64,000 bases of DNA from Blastocladiella emersonii ATCC 22665 (lineage: Eukaryota; Fungi; Blastocladiomycota), in NCBI GenBank assembly GCA_025594325.1, contig JANHCV010000003.1, positions 2,480,001-2,544,000 of the forward strand. The letters are read 5' to 3'. The notes under the pieces are model-generated. The model ran no database searches, was not told the DNA's origin, and saw only the letters and a program-made list of their open reading frames with translations. The translations under genes and the position numbers were made by a program. The stretch's first letter is position 1, and every line of letters starts with the position of its first letter. Below are positions 9,002-21,600 of the stretch, one piece after another.

Positions 9002-10732
9002 CTATTGGCGGGTCAGCACGATCCGCTTCGACTGGCGGCCGCGGACGTACAGCAACCGACCCGACCAGTGCGGGCACTCGGTCGGGAGCTGCTTGATAAA
9101 CTTGTTCACGGCGGTGTCCGAGTCCCAGTAGGTCTTCTCGTATACGACCTCGAAGCGCGTCCACGCCGTGCCGTAAACGTTGGTCGAGAACGAGTCGAGG
9201 ATGCGCATGATGGCGTTGATGCTGGGGCTGACGACCTGCACGCGAACAAGCGCGAGACGCGGCGTCCACTCGACAATTTTGCAGCGAAGCAGCGCGAGCC
9301 ACGCTTCCTCGCTGGTCTCGAGGAACGTGATGCCACACTTGGTCGACCTGCGCGGGCGCGGCGCAACGATGGGGAGGGTCTTTGTCTCCATGTCGCCGAC
9401 CGCGAGCGTGAGCGCAAGAACCGACGGCGGAATAACGTCGAGCACCGCGGGAGTGCTGAGCCCTGGGATCAGCGAGAGAAGCTTGAACTCGGAGAGTCGC
9501 GCGGGGTTGACGGCCTCAAGCAGCGTGATGATGAGGTTGGGGTCACTCGAATCGGTCGAGAGAACGTAAGAACTTGGCTCAATCTGTCCAAGAACTTGGC
9601 GCCAAGCGTCAGGAACGCTGGTCGTCGAGTCGCGGTCATCAAGCATGGGCAGGTTCAAGTGAAGGGTGCGAAGCACGATACGCTGAAGTGCAAGAGTGCC
9701 GTCAAGAATGGCAGTATCGTGTTTCGAGTCGGGCGCTGGAAGCGCAGAGAGCTGCAGCTGAGAGAGGCGAGGAAGTGTGGGAATCGTGGCCAAGTTGGCG
9801 GCCGTAATCGTGTCCATCGACAGAACGAGCCGAGCTACGGACTGGAGGTTGGCCCAAGTCAGCGGAAGAGGGAAGTTGATGGGCCGGTCGCGATTCGAGC
9901 ACAAAACAGCGCTGACTGAGCCAAGCGCATGCGCGGGGAGCAGGTCCTGGAGGCTCTGGAAGGCTTGGCACGCGATAAGGTGCGGAATGTCGGGATCTGC
10001 GCGAAACACAAGCGAAACCGGTTTACTATCGAGATCATCCAAGGAAAGCAGCTTGAGCACCGCACGCGCAAGGTCTTGCCCGACAGCCGTGTACCGCGTG
10101 TCCGACGCACCCAGGACCAGCAGATCGCTACTGCCCGAGAGAAGAATGCGAATTTCGCGAACGCCGTCGAGCTGCAGGTTCAGCTTGTCGAGCATGACGG
10201 ACTTCTTGGGCGCGGTTTGTTCGTTGAGCGAAACGTGAAGTACAAGCGAGCCGGCACGATAAAATGCAAGAGGAGACTGTCCAGAAAACTTGACCGTCGC
10301 TTGCTGCTTGGCTTTGATGTTGAAAATGGGGTAGCCGCGAAGGACGACCGCGCGGCGCGAAACGTAAGCCTCGGTGGCGAGGGCGTAGCTGCGGCGGTTG
10401 GTCATGGCGAAGGGAAGCAACGTTTCTGGCATGGAGATGATAAACTTGTCCTGCGAGGACCACGACGGAACGAGGAGGTCGAGAATGTCAAACATGAGGT
10501 CGTTGGGAAGCTGCTGAAAGAGGAGCGCCGATTGTTCAGTCGGCTTGAGCAGAGGACCCACAGGCGAGGAGCACACATCTTCCGCGGGGTGTGTGACGGT
10601 CTCATGAGTCCGAGCGCAAGTGTCGGACTGTGCCTGGTCCGAGTCGGGGTCCGACCACCACGACGTAACGCGGCTCCAGGCGCTGCGTGCCATACCGCCG
10701 AGCGACGTGCGCCTGCGGTCATGAGATTCCAT
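9002..10732 (-). CDS. F-box-like protein with LRR-like C-terminus, paralogue 2 (576 aa, intronless)
   Basis: LFQQLPNDLMFDILDLL (F-box-like LPxD..I..L), followed by leucine-rich segments such as LPRLSQLQLSALP. Confidence 0.7.
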   Translation of the reverse strand: MESHDRRRTSLGGMARSAWSRVTSWWSDPDSDQAQSDTCARTHETVTHPAEDVCSSPVGPLLKPTEQSALLFQQLPNDLMFDILDLLVPSWSSQDKFIISMPETLLPFAMTNRRSYALATEAYVSRRAVVLRGYPIFNIKAKQQATVKFSGQSPLAFYRAGSLVLHVSLNEQTAPKKSVMLDKLNLQLDGVREIRILLSGSSDLLVLGASDTRYTAVGQDLARAVLKLLSLDDLDSKPVSLVFRADPDIPHLIACQAFQSLQDLLPAHALGSVSAVLCSNRDRPINFPLPLTWANLQSVARLVLSMDTITAANLATIPTLPRLSQLQLSALPAPDSKHDTAILDGTLALQRIVLRTLHLNLPMLDDRDSTTSVPDAWRQVLGQIEPSSYVLSTDSSDPNLIITLLEAVNPARLSEFKLLSLIPGLSTPAVLDVIPPSVLALTLAVGDMETKTLPIVAPRPRRSTKCGITFLETSEEAWLALLRCKIVEWTPRLALVRVQVVSPSINAIMRILDSFSTNVYGTAWTRFEVVYEKTYWDSDTAVNKFIKQLPTECPHWSGRLLYVRGRQSKRIVLTRQ

Positions 10733-11376
10733 TGCAGCAAGTTAGGCCAAATCTAGTGTTTATATCGTTGCAGTATTCATTCGTTCTTGGGGAGAGAGAG
10801 CGTCGACCGGAGCGACGACCTCGGTCGAAGGCGGGGCCTGCGCCACACCCGGCGCCGCCACGTCATTCAACATCGGGGGTCGTACTCGCCATCACGGGCC
10901 GCATCAAGTGAGTCAAAATCGTGAAGTACTCTTCTTAGGAGTCTGTATTAACGTTGGCGCGGAACGCCGTCAAAGGCGAGCGCGTGTTCAGCTTTGGGCG
11001 GTTGGACCTGGTCAAGTGGATCATGGCACAACGGACGCGTGCGCGAGGCCGTGGATCGAAAGAGCTGGTAGTCCAATAATTCGGGAGTTTGATCGTGTGC
11101 GTACATCGCTCTGAAGCTGTTGTGTCTGAGATAAGCACGTGTGTTGACTGAAGTGATGGCGAGCAACTCGAGGTGCGACCTGGAATCCAGCGTTCAGAAC
11201 GTTCAAGGTCCTTCAACATGAACGCCTTTGATGGCCTTACGCATCAAACCGGCTTAAGACAGGCTGAAGCGGGCGGCCGACGCGCGACGCGCAGCCGAGA
11301 CGCGTTGCGCCACCGCGTGCTGATCAGGTGGCGCTGGCGTGATATCGAAACGCGAGGAACGACCACTTTCATAGAC

Positions 11377-11468
11377 GTGTTGAGGGCTCATTCGCGCTCT
11401 AGCAGCGTGAAGCTCTCTCTTACTGTGTTGGGGGCTCATCCGCGTTCCAGCAGCGTGAAGCTCTCCCT
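11377..11468 (+). repeat. Imperfect 48-bp-period tandem duplication
   Basis: gtgttg(a/g)gggctcat..cagcagcgtgaagctctc starts at 11377 and at 11425. Confidence 0.8.
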
Positions 11469-11741
11469 CTCACACAGCTGTACCCTCTGACGCTTTTCCC
11501 GTGCGATTGGGTACTGGCGCCCGGAGTAAGCCAAGGTGCACCCTCGCTCCTCGGTTCAGCTTTTTCGTAAGCTATTCGAGCGCCTTCGAGTAGTGCTACA
11601 CTTTGCTCCGTTCAACTCGAGCTGGACAAGCAATCCCAACGTCGATCAGCTGCAAGGCCCGGATGTGCATCGCACCGCCATCTCACGCGCAACCCTGACT
11701 TCTGAGATACAGGGATGTGACACAATACCACGTTCATTGTC

Positions 11742-12620
11742 CTAAGCGTTCAACCACCAGAAGAACCCCATCGACAAGTTAAGAACGAGCCCGCACCCGA
11801 CGCCGATCGCCTGCCGCTGATTCGCGACGCCAGGGATCCGGAAGAAGAAGAGCGCGATCAGGCCCAGAAAGTACCCGACGGCCGCGCCCGCCAGCAGGTC
11901 GCGGAACATGGTGTTTTCGGTGAGCTCGAGCTGGTGGTGGTCCTCGGCCGACTGCTCGCCCGCGACCCACGCGTCCTCGAGCCGCAGCTGCGTGTCCGCG
12001 TCCGCGTCGCTCGTCCCGCGCGCCGCGTGGAACTCGCGCCGGAACGCTACCACGTCGTCGGCCGTGAACGCGGCCCCGATCATCGTGTCGAAGCCGCGTG
12101 GGATCGCGGGCGCGGCGGCAGGGTCGCCTGGTGCGTTCTCCGCGTCGCCCTCGAACGTCGCGTACCCGCTCCCGCCGCTGGGACCGCCGGGGACCGGGTC
12201 TGAGATGGAGACGTGCGCGATGAGGGTCGAGAGCGATGCGCCGGTCCAGTCCGGCCTTGGCAGCTCGGCATCAGCGTCCGCGCCGACGCACACCGCGTTC
12301 GGCTGAACCGGCGCGCGCGTGACGAGGAGCTGGCGCGAGATAGACCGCAGCGTCGGTGTTGGCGGGAGCGGGGCGCCGGCGTGGATGAAGCGCAGGCGTT
12401 TCCCGCGCGTCTCGGGGCGTATGGATTGAAGCTACACACGGTGGTTGTGTGCTCGCGTGAGCGCCTCATCGTCGCGGTGCGTGTGTGTCGGGATCCTCAC
12501 CCGCGCCGTCACATCGAGCAGCGTCCCCGTCCACGGCAGCACAAACGCAAGGTCGGCGCCGTCGGGCAGTTTGACGACGAGTTGCAGCCAGTCTTCATGG
12601 TTCAGCGTTGGTGGTTCCAT
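11742..12620 (-). CDS. DSC3: DSC E3 ligase complex subunit Dsc3 (ubiquitin-like N-terminus, two C-terminal TM helices), spliced
   Basis: PRGFDTMIGAAFT..FRREF, LRLEDAW, DLLAGAAVGYFLGLIALFF, RQAIGVGCGLVLN; N-terminal LRFIHAG ubiquitin-like motif. Confidence 0.8.
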
Positions 12621-12774
12621 TGTAGAGAGTGCGAGTGAGGAGCGAGGGTGTCGAGGCGAGCGCGCCCTCTGAGCCACCTCCTCGATCGCACAGCGCGAGC
12701 TCCCCAAAGGGGACCGACTTGCACTCACGAACGGCATGCAGAACGTGAAGCGGGAAAAGAAATTGTACAAGAGA

Positions 12775-15600
12775 TCACCAGGACGAGTACGATGGCGACG
12801 ACGGGGGCAGCGGTCCAGCCGACGACGACGACGCGGACGCGGCAGTGGCCGACGCGAGCCGCGTCGCGGCGCTCGCGTAGATGCTCATAGGCCCCGACGC
12901 CATGGCCGAGACCGGGTACTGGAGATGCCCACCGCTCCCGCCACCACCAAAGAAGTGGTGCTGGAGGTGCGGCGGGTACCCGCTGGCGGCGGCGGCCTGC
13001 GCCTGGAGCTGCTGCTGCTCGAGCTCGCGCTCGCGCTGCTGCTGGACCGCGTCCATCTGGTCGAGCGCCGCAAACAGCTCCTCGGTCTCCGGCAGCATGT
13101 GCCACAGCCGGTCGACCACCTTCTCCTGCACGAACCGCGTGTCGGCGACGAGCAGCGGCTCCAGCGCGAACGCCGTCGCCATGTCGGCCAGCGTCACGGT
13201 GCGCTCGCGGATCGGCGGGAGGTCAAGCGGCGACGGGGCGGGAGCGGGGGCGGGCACGGCGACGGGTGAGGTAGCGCTTGCTTCGGAGGCAGCAGAAATC
13301 GAGGCCCTGCGCTTCCCGCCGACGCTGACGGTGGACGTCGGCGCTTTGCTTGGCGCCTTGAACGCCGCCGCCGACTTGACTGGCGAGGCAGCAGGGGCGG
13401 ACGACGGCGCCTTGAGCGGCGACGCGAACAGGACCTTTTTCTCGGCCGACTTGGCCTGACCAGTTGGCGCGCTCGAGCTTGTGGATGCGTCGAGGGTGCC
13501 GCCGAGCGACGGGTTCGGCGTCGCGAGCGGGACCGCGGCGTCCCGCGGCGTAGCAGCAGGCCCGTCAACATCCATGGTATCCGCGGCCGCCAACCGCAGC
13601 GCACTCGTTTCGATGGGCGACGGCGAGTCTGCGCGCGGTCCAGCGCCACCCTCTGCGCGCGAACCACCGGACTTGCGCAGCGCGGACGCGAGCGCGACAC
13701 CATTCGGGACCGCGGTCCCGTCGACCGCGACGCCGTTGGTGGGCGATCCGTCCGTGGACGAGATGGGCGTGGGCGGGAGCGACGACAGGGCCGAGGACGG
13801 AGACGCGACGGCATGGCCATTCGGAAGGAGGTCCGACGCGGCAACTGGCGCGGCGACGCGCGGCGAGGTCGACCTTTTAGTGGGTGACACGGGCGCGCTC
13901 GCTGCGCCGTTCGGGAGCGCGGACATTGAGACTCCGAGTTTTGGCTCGCGGTCGCCGGGTCCCGCAGCTGCCGCGGTCGGTGCCGAGCCGGGCTTGAGGG
14001 CGGGCACCGATGGGATACGCGATGGTGGTTTCCCGAACTGCGGCTGAGGTGGAGCCGGCGCCGATGCAGCCGCAGCCGCGACCGCCTTGGCCATCGCCGA
14101 CTTCTTCTTGCGCGGAGACCGCAGGACAGGCCGGTCCGTGCCAGACTCCGGGTCAGCCGCAGCGGCGATCACCCATGGCGGCGGGACGGGCTCGGGGTCG
14201 ACGGACGCGTCCTGGCCGATGCGCAGCACGGCCTCGGTCACGTTCTTCATGTACGACTACATGAAGAAGACGGGCACTACGGTAAGTGGAGGGCGTTGCT
14301 CCAGGAGGGCGAGGATACGGACCTGCAGGGACATCATCATGACGTCAATGGCGCTGTCAGCGACCTTGTCGAGGCCGCACTCGAGCGAGATGCACAGCAT
14401 GCGGTCGCGCAGCGTCGAGCGGCTCGGGAGCTCGAGCTCTTGCGCGCACGTCGGCGTGTTGAGCAGGCGCGCGTACTCGGTTGCATGTGCTGCAGGGTGG
14501 TGGGTCGCATCGCCAATGTCAGTCACGAAGCGAGGCGAAAGTGGACGCGTAATGCTAGCAAGTGGGCTCCCGCGGAGCGTAGTCTAAAGGAAAGCAGCAC
14601 GTACCAGGTCGAACAGAGGCGGGCTTGAATCCCTGGAGCGGATTCGGGTCCATGGAGTCGGCGGCCTCGGGCCGCTTGTCGCGCGGGCGCTTGCGCGTGG
14701 CCTTTTTGCTGCCCGTGGCCGAGGTCGGGGTATTCATCCCCGTGAGGTCGGCGCGCGATGGGTCGGCGCCGTCGGCGACTGCACCGAGCCGGGCTTCCTC
14801 GGCTTCCATCTACGGCGAGGTACTCAAGTCAGATTGAGCGCGGGAAGCAATTAAATGCGTGGAACCGTACCCGCTGGTGAATGCGTCGGATCCGATCGCG
14901 GTCCTCCTTGGGCAGGGCAAACGCCTCCTTGCGGTTCCGGGTGCGGCGGGCCTCGGTCGACTCGAGCTTCCGTCGCTTGCGCGGGAGCGGGACCGGGTGC
15001 GGGAGGAACGCGGTGCCGACGTACGTGTCGTTGCCGTTTTCCGTGTCGACGAGGACGCTGCGCAGCAGGCTCATGATGAGCGCGTTGTGGAGGCCGACTA
15101 GGAGGGTGGGCGATCAGGCGCATCGTCAGCCCAAGGGCAAGCAAGGTGCGAATAGTGCGACGTGTCGTACTGCACTGAGGAGGGAGGATGGCGAGGGCGA
15201 ACCGCTCAAACTCGCGGCGCGAGACCTTGGCGCGGATAAACTGGCCGAGCAGGTCGAGGTACTCGGCCGTCTTATGCTGGCCGAGCGCGCGCGTCAGGCG
15301 GTCGATCACGTCGGGCGGCATGGCCGCGTGGTCGAGCAGCGGCGGGATCTCGGCCTCGGGCTTCTCGGCGCCATCCGCGGCGACGGGATCGGACGCGCTC
15401 ACGACCGAGGCGCGCCGATCGGCCCGCGGCGGTTTCGCGTTCACCGGGCTGGGTCCGGGCTCGGCCTTGACGAAACCGAGGAGCGGATCCACGTCCATGT
15501 CGCTGCTGCCGGCGAACTGCAGCGGGTTCGGAAAGCTGGTTGCGGTGCCATCGACGCGATCGTCGGCGAGCGAGACGCCAGACGAGACCGAGAGCGTCAT
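12775..15600 (-). CDS. ADA1: SAGA complex subunit Ada1/Hfi1 (TADA1-like), multi-exon
   Basis: EYLDLLGQFIRAKVSRREFE, LPKEDRDRI, LPSRSTLRDRMLCISLECGLDKV, VTLADMATAFALEP. Confidence 0.75.
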
Positions 15601-15977
15601 TTTCGGCAGTGGATGCTCCCGCAGATGCGCTCGGCGATGGCGATGGCGGGAAGCGGCAGTCGGGGCGTTTCCGTCGTCGAGACACGAGTACACGCGGATG
15701 GATCCCCGGTCCGAGCAGTGCGGCAGGTGCGGGCGCAGTCTAGCGGCGATACATGCGGATGGCCGAGCGGATGCGGCGAGAGGGGGGAGAGCGAGAGAAA
15801 GCGGGCGAAAAGCGCGCGCCTTTCGGTGCGGCGCGGTCAACGGATGGATCAGCTGACGGCACGCGACCGTGGCGCGCCCGCCCGAGTCCCCCGCGCGTCG
15901 AGTCAGCGGAGCGGTGGCTCAAAAGGCCGGGGCAGCCCGACGGCTGCTCGGCGCAGCCGCTCTCTCCCCTCTCCGCC

Positions 15978-17096
15978 ATGCGTGCCCGCGCCAAGATCGT
16001 CAACCCACGGACGCTGTCCAGTATGCACTCTCATGAAATGAACCACGCTGCCGGCGAGGCCTGACCCGTCCGCCTTTGCAGAGATCGCGTCGAGCGTCGA
16101 GAAGATCAGCAAGACATGCGTCTTCAAGCTGTCGCCGACGCAGGTCCAGTTCATTGTCAAGGACCCGACCGACGGGACGCAGGTGTGGTGCCAGGCTCCC
16201 GCTGTACGTGCACCTACGCCGTTCCCCGCTGGTCTCGCCCTGACTCCATTTCCCGCCAACCGCAGAATGGCGTCTTCGAGGACTACGTGGTCGAAGCGCA
16301 GTTCCGCAACGAAGTGTACCTGGAAGTACAGCTCGCGTACCTGTCGCGTGCCTTCAAGTCGATGCTGACGGCGCACTCGGCGTCGTTCCGCCTGACGCGC
16401 GCGCCACCGAGCGAGGGCGGCGCACCCATGCTGGCGGTGCAGATCGAGAGCGAGTCCAAGGCCGGCCGCCCCATGTCGATCGTGCAGAACGTGCCCGTGA
16501 CCCCGCTCAAGCGCCAGCAGGCCCTCGAGCTGCGCGAGCCGCGCATCCCGAACCCGGACATCTACATCATCCTGCCGCGCCCGCTCACCGTGCTCAAGAC
16601 GGTCGCCGAGCGGTTCCGCGCCATGTCGACCGACGTGACCCTGCTCGCCAACCACGCCGGCTCGTTTGTCGTGCAGATTGACGCGAGCGCAGGCATGGTC
16701 GAGACAGTGTTCACGGGTCTCATGAACCCAGTCCTCGGTACGCTTTCACGGCACTCACTTCTCCGACGCGACTGACCCCATCGCCGCCCATAGAGACAGA
16801 CGGCACCGAGCCACAACAGCCGGCCAGCCAGCCGGCACCAGAACAGTTCTTTGACGTGACCATCAACAGCAAGGACTTTCTCAAGTTCCTCAGCTGGTAC
16901 GCTCTCTACCTCACCCCGCAGTTCACGACCCACTCACCCGTTACTCTGTAGCCACTCAGCGAACCCGGCCCACGTCATCTGCTGCATCCACAAGGACGTG
17001 TGCGCCGTCTTCTACGTCTACATGTACGGCTCGCTCAGCGGCGACGGCAACGCCGACACGGTCCTGACCTACTACATCCCCGCAAAGTCTAAATAA
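15978..17096 (+). CDS. HUS1: 9-1-1 checkpoint clamp subunit Hus1/Mec3, multi-exon
   Basis: MRARAKI start, TQVWC, FEDYVVEA..NEVYLEV, IVQNVPVT, LREPRIPNPDIYIILP, LTYYIPA end. Confidence 0.85.
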
Positions 17097-17274
17097 AACG
17101 AATGCTGTACATTGTTGCTGGCTATGGAGGAGTGAGATCGAGTCAGAGAAGCCCGCCCAGTCAAAACCGACGCGTCGAGCAGCGGCCAACTCTCGCTCCC
17201 GTCGCCGACGCACCACTACCACCCGCCCGCACGAGTGCCTGCAACGTCATCAACCCCACGACCAACACAACAAC

Positions 17275-18582
17275 ATGTCGGTCCCCGTCAGCCCCGACGC
17301 CATGTCGGTCGACCTGAGCCTGGGCGAGGTGCACGCGCACGTCGACCGGTACCTGGACCGCGCGGGCCCGTTCACGGACGAGTCGGCGTTCGAGGCGGGC
17401 GACGCCGTCAAGGAGTTTCTGCGCGACGACTGCAAGGTGCTGGTGATCGGCGCGGGCGGGCTCGGGTGCGAGCTGCTCAAGAACCTGGCGCTGTCGGGCT
17501 TCTCGGACGTGCACGTCATCGACATGGACACGATCGACCTCAGCAACCTCAACCGCCAGTTCCTGTTCCGCCACAAGGACATTGGCCGCCCGAAGGCCGA
17601 GGTCGCCGCCGAGTTCATCAACGCGCGCATCCCGCGGTGCAAGGTGACGCCGCACTTCTGCAAGATCCAGGACAAGGACACGGACTTCTACGCCGACTTC
17701 AACCTGATCATCACGGGGCTCGACTCGGTCGACGCGCGCCGCTGGATCAACGCCACCATCGTCGGCATGTACGACGAGGACGACCCGGCCTCGCTCAAGC
17801 CCATCATCGACGGCGGCACCGAGGGGTTCAAGGGCCAGGCGCGTGTGATCCTGCCGCGCATGAACGCGTGCTACGAGTGCTCGCTCGACATGTTCACCAA
17901 GCCCACGGCGTTCCCGATGTGCACCATCGCCAACACGCCGCGCCTCCCCGAGCACTGCGTGGCGTGGGCGTTCGTGCTGCAGTGGCCCAAGAAGTTCCCC
18001 GACAAGAAGCTCGACGGCGACGACCCGGACCACATTGGCTGGGTGTTCCAGCAGGCGTCGGCGCGCGCCGCGCAGTTCGGGATCACGGGCGTCACGTACT
18101 CGCTGGCGCAGGGCGTCGTCAAGAACATCATCCCGGCGATCGCGTCGACCAACGCCGTGATCGCGGCCGCGTGCACCACCGAGGCCCTCAAGCTCGCCAC
18201 CAACTGCCAGCCGCTGCTCAACAACTACATGATGTACACGGGCAACGACGGCGTCTACACGTACACGTTCGAGCTCGAGCGCAAGGACGACTGCCCCGTG
18301 TGCGGCGCCGGTCACCTCAAGCTGACCCTGCCCAGGACCGCCACGGTCCAGGACCTCGTCGACCTGCTCCACGACCGCCCCGACCTCCAGCTCAAGAAGC
18401 CCTCGCTGCGCACCGCGTCCAAGTCCGTCTACATGCAGTCGCCGCCCTCGCTCGAGGAAGCCACGCGGCCCAACCTCGCCAAGCCCATTGCCGACTTTGT
18501 CGGCGCCGACGGCGCGACCGAGGTCGCCGTGACCGACGCTAACCTCCCGCTAAGTCTCAACGTGACCGTCTCGTTCGAGTGA
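17275..18582 (+). CDS. UBA3: NEDD8-activating enzyme E1 catalytic subunit
   Basis: LVIGAGGLGCELLKNLAL, IDMDTIDLSNLNRQFLFR, FPMCTIANTPRLPEHC, KNIIPAIASTNA. Confidence 0.95.
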   Translation: MSVPVSPDAMSVDLSLGEVHAHVDRYLDRAGPFTDESAFEAGDAVKEFLRDDCKVLVIGAGGLGCELLKNLALSGFSDVHVIDMDTIDLSNLNRQFLFRHKDIGRPKAEVAAEFINARIPRCKVTPHFCKIQDKDTDFYADFNLIITGLDSVDARRWINATIVGMYDEDDPASLKPIIDGGTEGFKGQARVILPRMNACYECSLDMFTKPTAFPMCTIANTPRLPEHCVAWAFVLQWPKKFPDKKLDGDDPDHIGWVFQQASARAAQFGITGVTYSLAQGVVKNIIPAIASTNAVIAAACTTEALKLATNCQPLLNNYMMYTGNDGVYTYTFELERKDDCPVCGAGHLKLTLPRTATVQDLVDLLHDRPDLQLKKPSLRTASKSVYMQSPPSLEEATRPNLAKPIADFVGADGATEVAVTDANLPLSLNVTVSFE

Positions 18583-18625
18583 ATTTGCAGCTTCGTGAAT
18601 GGATTCCGTGTATTCCCTCTCCCTG

Positions 18626-21600
18626 TCAGATGTACGACTTGAGGTCCGCCATGCCCGACTCGAGCACCGGCCGCCGCAGGAGCCCCGCAAACTCGTCGCG
18701 CGCCGCACGCGTCGCGAACGTGAGCGTCTGCCACGATCGGCCGTGCACGCCGTGCAGCACGAGCGACGCGGGCTGATTGCAGTGTCGCTCGTCGGCGCTC
18801 GCACTGCTGCCGGCCAGCCGCTGCAGCGTGGATTTGGCGGAGCGCACCGCGTACGCTTCAAATGCGACGAACGGGCCTGTCAGCGAGTCGCCGTCCTGAG
18901 TTCCGCGCGGATCGTTAGCGCCGTCGGCCGTGTTCATAAGGAAGGGAACGTACCGTCGACTTGGCCCGCCCGTTCGCCTTGGGCCGGACCACGAGCAGCC
19001 CCGCCGCGCCGCCTCCTCTTGCCGCTACCTGCCCCGCACTCGCGCTCGCCGCCGCCGCATCGCTCCCGCCACCGCCTCCATAGTTGAACACGACACACTA
19101 CACCGCGACGGGGACCCGCTCCTCCGCAACGCCGCGCACGACCGCGATCTGGGCAAGCGAGAGCGCGAACGCGTCGCGCGCGGGCAGCGCGACCTTGGGC
19201 GGCATCCAGTCGGCGCGGTGCGCCGGCAGCCGCCGCGACAGGACCGCGTCGTACACGCGCACGGCGTGGCGCGACTCGGACGCGTCGGCGTCGGCGATCA
19301 GGGAGAAGCTACCAGGGAAGGTTGACGTGCCGCCGCGCGGGATCAGGATGGGTGGTGGGCGAGACCCGGGCTTTGAGGAGGTGAGGTCGTCGGGATTGTC
19401 GCCGATCGCGCTCGTCGGCGCCGTCTGGAACATGTCCGAAACCGACTGCCCCGACGCCGCAGCGGCCGCGGCTGCCTGAGCGCGGCGCACGAGGAGGGCG
19501 GCGCGGTGGTTCCCAAACGGCGACGCGGGCGACGGCGTCTGCTCCGCTGCCGCGGCGGCCGCGCGCAGCTCGTCGGCCGAGCTCGCGAGCTTGAGCCCCT
19601 CGTCCTCGCCGACATTCCTTGCGACGTCGCCCGCCGCGAGGCTCCACATGCGCATGTACATCGGGCCCGTGTAGATGGCGACGGTCGACGCGCCCGTGTA
19701 CGTTCCCAGCAGGGTCACGAACAGGTACTGCCGGGGCACGAGGCTCGCGAAGAAGAGCACGGCGAGCACGCCCGTCGCGGCGACCAGGTTGATGATACAC
19801 AGCGCGCTGCGTCTTGGCTCGCCGAGATTGAACGGGACCGCGCGCGCCGCCCACGCCTTGGCAAGCGTCCACCCGAGCGCGACCGCGTGGATCGCCGCCG
19901 TGATCGCCGCGCCCACCATGCCCATGTTCGTGTCGGCCGACGTGCACGCGCACGCCACGTTGCTCGCGTCGAGTCCGAGGTCGACGACGGCGACCGCGCC
20001 AGGGCACGCGGATGTCAGGTACGCGGTCGCGGCCGCGTACAGGGCGAGCACGGGGAGCGCGGTCCCCGCGAGCGCCCGCGCGAGAGCGAGGGAGTCGGTC
20101 CCCTCGAGCGCACACATGAGTTGCTTCGTGCGGTGCTGCCGCGACGTCGCCATGGCGTCGGGACGCTCCAGGTCCACGTCGCTCCGACGCAGGATCGGGA
20201 AACGCAGACGTCCGCTGCTGCTTGACAGAAGAGACGCGAGGCGCGAGCGCAGGCTGCCTGAGCCGAGGAGCTGCTGCGCCACCGCCGCTGCATCTTCGGG
20301 CGACGCGGGCGCCGTTGCGGGCGAGGGCGGGGTGGTTGGGGATGGCGGGAGCAGTTTGCGCGCGACCGCCGCGGGCGTGAGCGCCGGCCGCCGCACCACG
20401 GCGCGCGCGCGGCGGAGCCGCAGGAACTGGCGCATCAGGACGATCCGCGGGAACGTGGCGAGGACGACGAGCGCGGGGAACCAGACGAGCAGGACGCGGC
20501 GGAGGTCGCACGTCAGCGGGGTCGGGATGTCGAGGAACGTGAGCCCGAGCACGATGCACGCGAGCCCGGCAAGGTGGATCAGGCCGAGCTCGTACCGCGA
20601 CGAGCGCTGGAACACCGGGTGGCTCGACGTCAGCAGCACGACGGCGGCTCCGCTTGCGAAGATGGCGATCCCCGCGATCCCTGCGAGCGCGAGCGCTGCG
20701 ACACCGCCGAGGGTCCGGTACGAGACGTTTAGCGGGATGCGCGGCGTCGCGTCGGGCGGGTACACGCCGAGCGGGAGGCCAGGGAACGCGTACGGCGTGA
20801 GCTGCTCGTAGGGGATGGGTGGGAGCAGGTCCGCGGTGCCCTCGACGTACTCGCCAGACACGTTCGTCGGCGCGTAGTACCGCAGCACGTACGCGAGCTG
20901 GATCGGGTCGCCCGTCTACACATCCGCTCGTTAGCGCGGTACGACCACGGTTTGCGTAACACAGCTAACCTTGTCGATGGGTGTCGGCAGCTGCGGGTGA
21001 AACTCGGCCGTCGCGTTGAAGTAGGCGAGGTCCATGTTGGCGAACAGCTCCGGCGCGCGGCCCGCGACATCCTCGAGCGATGCATGTGAGGCCTGCATGA
21101 GACGATGCAGTCCCATGGTCATGGCGAACCCGCACGCGTACCCACTCCCAAACCCGCCGACGCCCGCGTGCGGGTACGCGGCACCCGTCGTGTTGCGGTA
21201 CTCGGCGAGGAACGCGTTGAAGATCCCGAGGTCGTCGAACGCGAGGATGTCGGGGAGCAGGATCGCGGAGGTGGCGAGCACGTCGTCGAACGCCTGGACC
21301 GAGATGGCGCGCAGTCCGCGCAGCGGGTTGTTGGTGCACAGCAGGACGCGCGGGAGGCCGGGCGACTTGGGGCGGAACCAGCCGCGGCGCCACAGCTCGT
21401 GCAGGATGCGCGGGCCCGTCTCAGTGAACTGCAGCAGCGCGACGACGCGCGTGTCGGTGGCGACCAGCGTAGCGTACAGCGCGTTGAGCGCGTCCTGCTG
21501 CGTCTCGGCGTTGTGGATCAGCGTCTTGCTCAGGACCGTGTAGCGCTGGTCGCGGGCCTCCCGCGTGAGGGCGGCGGCCACTACGCTAAACGCCGCGCGG

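Noticed and set aside
19098-19100. TAG codon reassignment
   Set aside because: Clear genes here end in TAG (Fanzor, PPM1, kinase, ABC transporter) and conserved genes have no internal TAGs.
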